DNA of 64,000 bases from an uncultured Verrucomicrobiae bacterium. GTDB taxonomy: Bacteria; Chlamydiota; Chlamydiia; Chlamydiales; Rhabdochlamydiaceae. How positions within the stretch are numbered: the stretch's first letter is position 1; each line of letters starts with the position of its first letter. Location of the stretch: contig CAWFUG010000009.1 in NCBI GenBank assembly GCA_963818965.1, positions 1 through 64,000 of the forward strand, read 5' to 3'. The notes beneath the pieces are model-generated. The model saw only the letters and a list, made by a program, of their open reading frames with translations. It made no database searches and was not told the origin of the DNA. Both the position numbers and the translations under genes were made by a program. This document shows, piece after piece, positions 43,502 through 64,000 of the stretch.

Positions 43502-43654
43502 ACTGACACCACTATTGAAAGCCCTTATCCAAATGCGAAAGGGCTTTTGGATTTAAGAAAAAATACCTTCAGAGAAGGCTCTAAAGGAGCTACCATCAGA
43601 GCAAAAAAATGTTTTTATTCAAAGAAATATTTTTTTAAGGGTGTGCTAGGAACC

Positions 43655-43768
43655 TATACCGCTTCCACCTCAATCGCACCCAAGAAAAAGTTTCGGTCTT
43701 TTTGTCGGTTATACCGAACGTGACTCAAGAATCGGGATTCGGCCGATTCTTGAGTCACGTTCGGTATA
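43655..43768. mobile_element. TATACC-family elements (one arm plus a 59-bp palindrome)
   Basis: TATACCGCTTCCACCTCAATCG arm; TATACCGAACGTGACTCAAGAATCGG...CCGATTCTTGAGTCACGTTCGGTATA at 43710-43768. Confidence 0.8.
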
Positions 43769-43822
43769 CTTGAGTACGGGAAAAATTTTTTTACTGAGGC
43801 GGATTCTTGATCGAAATAACGA

Positions 43823-46094
<2,272 letters not shown>

Positions 46095-46179
46095 AATAGA
46101 TCGTGCCAAAAGTGTAGACGTGTGGTTTAAAAGAGGTGGAAAATAGGAAACTAAGGTGAAAAGAAGAGGCGATGGCTAT

Positions 46180-50623
<4,444 letters not shown>

Positions 50624-50645
50624 CATTTTTTATTGAGAGGAGGCT

Positions 50646-50843
50646 GTGATGAGCCGTTTTTTGTTCCGGTCTATTTTGGTACTGGTGTTTTTTCCTTTGC
50701 TTGCTTTCGCAGTTGGGTTTCAGCCGCCAGATACCCTTTCTACAGCGGGTCAAAATGCCTCTAGCGTGCAAGTAGGTGTCGATCCCAATGGCAATCTCGT
50801 TGCTGTGTGGATTGAAAATGCGATCGTCAAGTCAAATAATTGA
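50646..50843 (+). pseudogene. Truncated copy of the 38089-39645 beta-propeller gene
   Basis: GFQPPDTLSTAGQNASSVQVGVDPNGN.VAVW.ENAIVKSNN near-identical to 38089 gene, then stop; followed by an element cluster. Confidence 0.9.
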
Positions 50844-50875
50844 AGAAATACAACCCCCCTTTCTGGCAACTCAAT

Positions 50876-51010
50876 CGCGGGAGCTTTCGCGCGGTCCTAC
50901 GGCCAACTTTTGAGCTCACTTCGGTATATACCCCTTCCACCTCAATCGTACCCAACTTTTGAGTCCACTTGGGGATACTGCGGTCGGTCAGGGTATAAGC
51001 GCGCGGGGTT
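50876..51010. mobile_element. Mosaic cluster of TATACC-family element arms
   Basis: Contains arms matching 9774-9849, 7832 and 46272 elements. Confidence 0.75.
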
Positions 51011-51099
51011 CCCAGCTGTCGATCGATCCAAGAACCTATCCCGAAAATCGACCCAAATTTTTTATCGGGATAGCTTCAAGACTCTTAATTTGAAAAAAA

Positions 51100-53367
<2,268 letters not shown>

Positions 53368-53374
53368 AAAATGA

Positions 53375-57755
<4,381 letters not shown>

Positions 57756-57763
57756 GAGACGTC

Positions 57764-58414
57764 TTACTCGTTTAGCGCAGATCTATATTTTGAGAACTTT
57801 TCATTCGGTTTTCTTGGGTACGATTGAGGTGGAAGCGGTATATTAAGAGGATCTTTTTGATAGATCCAGACGCGGTCGTGGCCGAGCAGGATTTCTTTGC
57901 CGAAGAGCTCATCGACGGCGCGCTTTACCCCCGAGAACATCGGAATCTCATCGGTGTAGTCGTGTCCTGATAAGATACCGCCAGGGCGGACCTTAGGGAG
58001 CCACGCGAGGATATTATCCCTGACTTGAGTGTATTCGTGATTGGCATCGATGAAGACGAGATCGAAGTCATCGGGAGTCTCTTGTACCGCAGCGACTGCC
58101 GTCATGCGTAAGATGGTCGTTTTAGGATCCTCTGCAAAATAGGAAGAGACCGCGTCAAATGCTTTTTTGTAATGCTTTTCTTTTCTGGAGATCGGCGTTG
58201 CGCTATAGAAGTAATCCCTGCTCAGTTGCCAGGGATCGATTAAGAACAGCTCCGCATTGGGAAAGAGATGGCGCAAGAGTTGCGCCGTTTCTCCCTTATT
58301 GACTCCGATCTCAGCGATCCGTTTGACCTCGACATCGAGCGCCCAAGTGATGAATCCTAAGAAGGGAGCGCGGTGGTTGATCAGACTGAGTTTAAATGCT
58401 TCTTCCCAATGCAC
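57764..58414 (-). CDS. Class I SAM-dependent methyltransferase (Methyltransf_24-like)
   Basis: AEIGV..G, IDPW, FDLVFIDANHEY, PGGILSGHDY; start overlaps rlmN end. Confidence 0.88.
   Translation of the reverse strand: MHWEEAFKLSLINHRAPFLGFITWALDVEVKRIAEIGVNKGETAQLLRHLFPNAELFLIDPWQLSRDYFYSATPISRKEKHYKKAFDAVSSYFAEDPKTTILRMTAVAAVQETPDDFDLVFIDANHEYTQVRDNILAWLPKVRPGGILSGHDYTDEIPMFSGVKRAVDELFGKEILLGHDRVWIYQKDPLNIPLPPQSYPRKPNEKFSKYRSALNE
57789..57842. mobile_element. TATACC-family arm forming the 3' end of the methyltransferase ORF
   Basis: Reverse complement is near-identical to 7832-7885 (TATACC.CTTCCACCTCAATCGTACCCAAGAAAACCGAATGAAAAGTTCTCAAA). Confidence 0.82.
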
Positions 58415-59513
58415 TATTTTTTGTGTTTTGTGTTTTTAACTTGGGTATAAGTATCGGTCCGGCCCTTTTGTAGAGCGCGCGTCGCACCTCGACATTTCCG
58501 AGCTGGCCGCAGGCGGCCATGATGTTCTGTCCTTTAGTCCCGCGCAAAAGAGTCTGGTAGCCATGAGAGCGCATCCTCTGTAGAAAGGCGTCTTTATCAG
58601 CCTCAGCAGGAGGAGCGAACCGGTCGCGGCTCTGGGGATTGTAGGGAATGAGATTGACCTTCACTTTGAGGCCCTTGAGATACGCGGCGAGCGTGTCAGC
58701 TGCCTCTAAAGAGTCATTCACCCCCGCGATGAGGACGTATTCCACTAGAATTTCTCGACGTGGATGCGCGCAATAGGCGAGCATCGCCTGGTAGAGCTCT
58801 TCCATGTTCCACTTTTTGTTAACCGGCATGAGGCGGTTGCGCGTCGCATCATCGTGCGCATTCACGGAGACAGCTAGATTAAGAGCGGGGTTGGCTTCGC
58901 GGGTCATTCGGAGGATTCCATCGACTCGGCCACTTGTAGAAATCGTGATCCGGCTGGGTCCAAAACCCATTCCGGCGGGGTCTGTTAAGACGCCCACTGC
59001 TTGCATGACAGCCTCGTAATTGTCGAAAGGCTCTCCCATGCCCATGAAGACGATATTGCGCAGGGTAGGAGACAGCCGGCGTGCCCAAAACACTTGAGCC
59101 ACGATCTCTTCGCAGCTTAAATGGCGGATCAGCCCCATCTTTCCCGTCTCGCAAAAGGCGCACCCCATCTTACAGCCGATTTGGGAAGAGATGCACAGCG
59201 TGGGGCCTGATTCCATCGGAATTAAGACCGACTCACTCTCCAACCCATCGGAAAAGCGGAGCAAAAATTTGATCGTCTCCCCCTCCTGTTTTTGCTGACT
59301 CATCTCGGGTAGGGAAGTGCACAGCGCATCGACCATGCGTCGGACGAGATCGAGTGCCTGCGGCTCTGCCCAGTCTGCTATGCTATCGAAGTTCCCTTTT
59401 CGAAACCAATCGGCATAAAGGCGTGCGGCATGCTGCCTGCCCTTGCCGAAACGGCAGAACATCTCTTCGACAAAACTCTCTTGGGTGTGGGAAAAAATCG
59501 AAACTTTGGACAT
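58392..59513 (-). CDS. rlmN: Radical SAM RNA methyltransferase RlmN
   Basis: ESVLIP, CISSQIGCKMGCAFC (CxxxCxxC), VFMGMGEP, NLIPYN, AACGQL. Confidence 0.93.
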   Translation of the reverse strand: MSKVSIFSHTQESFVEEMFCRFGKGRQHAARLYADWFRKGNFDSIADWAEPQALDLVRRMVDALCTSLPEMSQQKQEGETIKFLLRFSDGLESESVLIPMESGPTLCISSQIGCKMGCAFCETGKMGLIRHLSCEEIVAQVFWARRLSPTLRNIVFMGMGEPFDNYEAVMQAVGVLTDPAGMGFGPSRITISTSGRVDGILRMTREANPALNLAVSVNAHDDATRNRLMPVNKKWNMEELYQAMLAYCAHPRREILVEYVLIAGVNDSLEAADTLAAYLKGLKVKVNLIPYNPQSRDRFAPPAEADKDAFLQRMRSHGYQTLLRGTKGQNIMAACGQLGNVEVRRALYKRAGPILIPKLKTQNTKNSALGRSI

Positions 59514-59528
59514 GATTAACATTAAACA

Positions 59529-59602
59529 TGCACCGAACAGGACTTGAACCTGTAACCACCCGGTTCGAAGCCGGGTACTCTATCCGATTGAGCTATCGGT
59601 GC
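59529..59602 (-). tRNA. tRNA-Arg(TCG)
   Basis: Reverse complement GCACCGATAGCTCAATCGGATAGAGTA-CCCGG-CTTCGAA-CCGGG-TGGTTACAGGTTCAAGTCCTGTTCGGTGCA. Confidence 0.96.
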
Positions 59603-59644
59603 AAAAGAGATCGAGGATACAGATACAGTGAGAAAAAGACAAGT

Positions 59645-60322
59645 ATGCATGAAGAAAAATTAGAGGCGATCGTCCTCCGCTCCCAAGACTACCAGGAGCG
59701 CCACCGTATCGTAACCCTCTTTTCCGCAAGCGGCCTCATGACCGTGATGGTAAAAAATATTTCGAAGAAAAACACGCGATTGCTCTCTTTGAGCTCTGTT
59801 TTTACGCAAGGGGAGTACCTCCTCTCGCAAGGAAATTCCTCCTTTTTTCGGTTCATCGATGGGACTCTGATCGACGAACACCTCTCCTTGCGCAAGCAGT
59901 ACTCTTCGATCCAGGCGGCAGCACATCTGACGCAAAGTATTCTTTCGACACAGCTCCCAGGGAAAGCCACGCCCGAGCTCTTCTCACTCTATAAGAGCTA
60001 CCTCAAGCAGGTTCCCACCTTTCCCAATCTCACTTCCCTCACCTCGAGTTTTCAGCTCAAGCTCCTCAAACAGGAAGGATTCCTCTCCTTAACTCCCACA
60101 TGTGCCCATTGTTCTGGAGTCCCCGCCTGTCTCATCGACCAAGGGGAGAGCTTCTGTGCCTCACATCATCCCAGCGCCCCCCATCGCTTCACGACTGTAG
60201 AATGGGAACACCTCCATCTGCTCTATGGGGCAAAAAATTTTTCCACACTCCGCCTTTTAAAATTAGAGCCCCTCCTCTCCTCTAAAATCGAAACCCTCTT
60301 CCGAACGCGCTTTTCCGATTAA
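59645..60322 (+). CDS. recO: DNA repair protein RecO
   Basis: AIVLRS.DY.E..RIVTLFS..G N-terminus; F.LKLL..EG and C..C...G..C zinc motif. Confidence 0.9.
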   Translation: MHEEKLEAIVLRSQDYQERHRIVTLFSASGLMTVMVKNISKKNTRLLSLSSVFTQGEYLLSQGNSSFFRFIDGTLIDEHLSLRKQYSSIQAAAHLTQSILSTQLPGKATPELFSLYKSYLKQVPTFPNLTSLTSSFQLKLLKQEGFLSLTPTCAHCSGVPACLIDQGESFCASHHPSAPHRFTTVEWEHLHLLYGAKNFSTLRLLKLEPLLSSKIETLFRTRFSD

Positions 60323-60392
60323 AAACATTGATTCGGGTGGGGGTATGACATATAGTGGGAGCAATTAGGTGGTACTTTTTAAGGGGGTACAT

Positions 60393-61025
60393 ATGGTCGA
60401 CAAGAAGAAATTCGAAGAAGAAGAGGCTCAAGGGTACCGGATCGATATCGTAGGGCGGAATCTCGAAGTGACAGAACCGATCCGCGCGTATGTGTGGAAT
60501 AAGCTCTCTAAAATCGAGCGATTTCACAACCATATCATGTATATCCACATCAACTTAGAGATCCAGAAGCTGGAGCACTCTTGCGTTATCATCGCGAAGT
60601 TTGGCCATATCAAGGTCAAGGTTCAAGCAGCTAGCACCGATATGTATGCGACGATCGACCGTGCGATCGATCGGCTTCAAGAGGTTCTGAGCCGCTACAA
60701 GAGTCGGATCCAGGATCACCATAAGAAAGACCTGAGCCACGTCGATATGCAGGTCGAGATCTTGAAGCGACCCCTAGACGAGTTGGAAGCGATCAATGAT
60801 GAGATCGAAGCGGTAAGCGCAGAAAAAGAGTGGAAGAAGTACGCGCCCCATGCCGTAGTGGGAGTGGAGACAAAGCCGCTTAAAATACTGAATTTGAGTG
60901 AGGCGATCATGAAGATGGACCTCTCAGGGGATCAGTTCCTCATCTACCGTGCTGAAGAAGATAAGAAATTGAAGGTGATGTACCGTAGAACAGACGGAGA
61001 CTATGGACTCATTCAGCCTGAATGA
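60393..61025 (+). CDS. hpf: Ribosome hibernation promoting factor, long form
   Basis: I.GRNLEVTE.IR.YV..KL.K, DMYATID.A.D.L...L.RYK, EAI..MDL.G..FLIY...V.YRR.DG.YGLI. Confidence 0.93.
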   Translation: MVDKKKFEEEEAQGYRIDIVGRNLEVTEPIRAYVWNKLSKIERFHNHIMYIHINLEIQKLEHSCVIIAKFGHIKVKVQAASTDMYATIDRAIDRLQEVLSRYKSRIQDHHKKDLSHVDMQVEILKRPLDELEAINDEIEAVSAEKEWKKYAPHAVVGVETKPLKILNLSEAIMKMDLSGDQFLIYRAEEDKKLKVMYRRTDGDYGLIQPE

Positions 61026-61456
61026 ACCTATTCGATGAAACACGCAGGAGCTGGGTCAAGGCAGCTCCGGAAGAAAGGGTGCGGCAGATGTGGCTGCACC
61101 ATTTGATCCACTCGCTCCATTTTCCCAAAGAACTCATCGTCGTCGAAAAATCCTTAAGAGAACTCCCCTCGATTAACGCCCATTGCGCACCTGACCGCAG
61201 AATTGACATCCTCTGTTATGCAAAAGGAGATCCTCTGTCTCCTCTTCTACTCATGGAGTGTAAGAGGGGGAAAGTGGATCGCTCTGCGATCGATCAGGTC
61301 GTAGGCTATAACGCCTTTGTGCGCGCTCCCTTCATCGCAGTCGCGGGAAAGGAGGAGATCTCTTTTGGGTATTGGGATGGGAAAGAGAAAAAATATATTT
61401 TCGGAGGGATGTTACCCTCCTATGAGGAGTTAGTGACGTGGGCCAAACAGTCTTAG
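61022..61456 (+). CDS. Stand-alone HsdR N-terminal-like (PD-(D/E)xK) domain protein
   Basis: PEERVRQ, FPKELI.VE, RR.DI, L.ECK, Q...YN motifs. Confidence 0.8.
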   Translation: MNLFDETRRSWVKAAPEERVRQMWLHHLIHSLHFPKELIVVEKSLRELPSINAHCAPDRRIDILCYAKGDPLSPLLLMECKRGKVDRSAIDQVVGYNAFVRAPFIAVAGKEEISFGYWDGKEKKYIFGGMLPSYEELVTWAKQS

Positions 61457-62923
61457 AGTTGCAGGAGATCGATGTCTTATGCGTGTATAGAGAGATCGAC
61501 ACGCATACAGTCTTTTCTTGGCTTGAAGAAGACTCTACGCGCTTTTTGGTATGGGTCGTAGAAGGAGAATCTGCTTTTTTTGAAGCGAATGGATCCTGCT
61601 TAGGTGGACATCCGCAGGTCCGTCTTTTTTGCGATTCTGAAGAGGAGAGTCTCTATCAGAGAATCGCTTGGGAGTTCGTGTGGCTGCGCTTTGGATACGG
61701 AGAGGCGCACAGCCCTAGGGCCCAGGAGTTTTTTCAGCGCCTAGAGCATTTTCGCTTAGGAGTTACGCTCTTGGCCTCCGATTTTTGGGACCAGGGTTCT
61801 TCCATCTTGAGCAATGTATTGAAAAATTTCGAGAAATTGCCCCAGGCCAAGGACTTTCGAGCGCTTAAAGGTAAATTTCAGGGGATCCCCGCCATTCTCT
61901 GTGGCGCAGGGCCCTCCTTGGACGCTGCTATTCCAGAGATCCGTTCCTTACAAGAGAGCGCTCTTTTGATCGCGGGAGGCTCTGCAGTTCGAGCCCTCAA
62001 TGCGCACGGCAGTGTTTCCCCACCTCTACACCCACATCGATCCCGACCCTCCCCACAGCCGGTTTTTAGAACAAGAGATGTACACACAGCCCTTGTTCTA
62101 CCAAGATCGCTTCGCCTCTGCTCTCTTGGAGCGCGCGGCAGGCCCCTTAGTTTGGATGCCCGCTGGCGGGAGCTATCCCTTAGAAGGTTGGATGGCAGAG
62201 GAATGTGGGTTGTCCTACGAGCCACTCGAGAGCGGCTGGACAGTTGCCAACGTCTGTGCTGTCATCGCACAGCACCTCGGATGCGATCCGATTATCCTCG
62301 TTGGAATGGATTTTTCCTGCCGCAAGGGATCTGTTTATGCGGGAGAGATTGTAGGGGAGGAACACAGCGACAAATTGATCCCGATAGGAGAAGATCTCTA
62401 TTCGAGAAACGATTGGCTCCTAAGCGCTCAGTGGATGCAGGCATTTGCGAAAAAGCATCCAGAGACCCGTTGGTACCGCGCGACACCCGGAGGAATCGAA
62501 CTCGAAGGGATCGAGCGGTGCGCACTTGAGGCTCTACATCCCATCCATACGCTCGATATGCACGGCAAAGTCCATCAGGTGTTGGCAGAGGCCCCTTTGA
62601 CGGGAGTCTCGGAGAGCCAAGTGGCCCTTGTGAAGAAAAAAGTGCAAAAGAGTTTTGAAAAGTCTTTAGAGTATTGCGATCAGTTGTTAAAGATTTGGGA
62701 AAGGCACTACCCCCATTCCCCCCTGGATGCGGGGGAATACGCTCTACTAGATGTCGAGTTAGAAGGGGAAATTTGTTACCGAGAGTTTCTCTTACCGTTG
62801 TGGAATGTGTGGCAATGGCCCTTTTTGCGCGGAGAAAACCACATGTTGGGTAAAGAAATACACCGAGTGCTGTTCTTTAAAAGAGTCATCGACTCGATTT
62901 TGCGGAGGAAATGTGAGTTCTGA
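61438..62923 (+). CDS. Maf / MptE-like (DUF115) protein; one frameshift near 62010
   Basis: PAILCGAGPSLD in the first ORF; PH....IDP, GWTVAN, LGCDPIILVGMDFS in the second frame. Confidence 0.8.
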
Positions 62924-63611
62924 ACACTATTTACTCACTGAAAGAGAATTACGGATCGTCGACAAAGAGTTGCAGATCGATCTTTTTTCTGAAGTCAGTA
63001 TCGCCTGGCTGCCTTTGGATTTAAAAAAAGCAGTCTCTTCTTCTTTGGTTCTAGAAAGAGATCGACAGGGATCACTCCTTTCTGCCTATTTGATCTCAGA
63101 TGGCAGGCGACATGGACAGTGTCGCTATTTTTCTGAAGAAGGGAAAGTGCGCGCAGAGATGTTTTACCAAGAAGGCAAGCTGCACGGCCCTTCGACTGTC
63201 TTTGGCCAAAAGGGAGAAGTGCTCGCGAAGAGCTGGTATTTCGAGGGGAAAAAAGTAGGGAAAGTGAGACTCTATTTTCCCAGCGGCGCGCTCAGTAGCC
63301 TCCAGCGCTTTGTCCACGGCGAATGGGAAGGGATTCAGGAATATTTTTACGAGACAGGCGCGGTGAAGAGTTTGATCCCTTTTGTGAATGGAAAATTAGA
63401 AGGAGAGGTACGCCTTTTTTGGGAAGAAGGGCATTTGAAGCGACAAGTGGAATACAGAGGGGGCTTGAGAGAAGGGTGGGATCGACTGTGGAATGAGAAG
63501 GGAATTTTGATCGATCAAGGGGAATACAAAGGGGGCCAACCCATCGGCATTCACCGGCATTGGGACGCAGCGGGCAATCTCGTCAGGGAGAGTAGCTCTG
63601 ATGCTAACTGA
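62913..63611 (+). CDS. MORN-variant repeat (YwqK-like) protein
   Basis: Repeated YxxGKLHG / YFPSG / WNEKG units; GGAGG before GTG 62913. Confidence 0.8.
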   Translation: MSSEHYLLTERELRIVDKELQIDLFSEVSIAWLPLDLKKAVSSSLVLERDRQGSLLSAYLISDGRRHGQCRYFSEEGKVRAEMFYQEGKLHGPSTVFGQKGEVLAKSWYFEGKKVGKVRLYFPSGALSSLQRFVHGEWEGIQEYFYETGAVKSLIPFVNGKLEGEVRLFWEEGHLKRQVEYRGGLREGWDRLWNEKGILIDQGEYKGGQPIGIHRHWDAAGNLVRESSSDAN

Positions 63612-64000
63612 TGCTGTTTTAGAGCGTTACCCCGAGCTTTTTTTTCGACTGAACTATTTCCCTCACACACCGTCGTCTCACCCCAGAGAGCTCTCTCTGC
63701 AGAGCAAAAATGGGGAGGGGATCGATGTCATCTACGTCTACGGTTTATACTTAGCAGAAACGCTTATAACCTGGTTAGAAGGGGCAAAAGAGAGGCGGCT
63801 GATCTTTCTCGAAGATGAACTCGGCGCTGTAGCCGAATACGCGCATTCTGAAAAAGGGGAAATCCTCTTTTCCCATCCCCAGATCGAAATCCACTTTCTC
63901 TCTGAAGAGCTCCCGTTACAAGAAGTGCTTGAAGAGCTCGTTGCCCGACACCCCACCGATCGCGTAGAGATCTATGCAATTGAACCGTATCAAACTGAGC
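63601..64000 (+). CDS. Partial second Maf-like paralog, runs off the window
   Basis: Open frame MLTDAVLERYP...IDVIYVYG...WLE...RRLIFLED...HPQI resembles the N-terminus of the 61438 gene (IDVLCVY...WLE...HPQV). Confidence 0.65.
   Translation, partial: MLTDAVLERYPELFFRLNYFPHTPSSHPRELSLQSKNGEGIDVIYVYGLYLAETLITWLEGAKERRLIFLEDELGAVAEYAHSEKGEILFSHPQIEIHFLSEELPLQEVLEELVARHPTDRVEIYAIEPYQTE

Noticed and set aside
59528..59644. N-terminal extension of recO
   Set aside because: It overlaps tRNA-Arg on the opposite strand; RecO similarity begins at ATG 59645.
61022..61456. Type I restriction-modification system
   Set aside because: Only a stand-alone HsdR N-terminal-like domain; no helicase, hsdM or hsdS nearby.

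Overview
This is bacterial DNA, most likely from an environmental Chlamydiota genome, inferred from the MORN lipoprotein-pheT-LysM-yidD-RMD1 ... recO-hpf gene neighbourhood. The flanks are ordinary: wzm/wzt, pheT, oppA, yidD and tRNA-Leu on the left; rlmN, tRNA-Arg, recO, hpf and Maf-like genes on the right. Between them, directly after tRNA-Leu, lies a ~45 kb surface-fibre locus (13.1-57.8 kb). It holds nine secreted Gly-X-Thr collagen-like genes in three operons of three. Each operon has one gene of each of three N-terminal types (A, B, C) and three different BclA/C1q-like head domains. Collagen domains are length-matched within each operon: ~2,390 residues each in operon 1 and ~530-540 each in operons 2 and 3. 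The three giant chains each carry five periods of a 114-triplet super-repeat (1032, 1029 and 1029 nt). I infer a heterotrimeric, C1q-like bacterial collagen system; this is not demonstrated. Accessory genes are a GT92-type glycosyltransferase, three secreted beta-propeller/FN3-like proteins plus a truncated fourth, a Rid protein with a signal peptide, and a methyltransferase. TATACC...GGTATA palindromic miniature elements occur throughout the window, two of them inserted in frame in C-type collagen genes. Frameshifts in operon 1 look like long-read errors, but pseudogenisation cannot be excluded.
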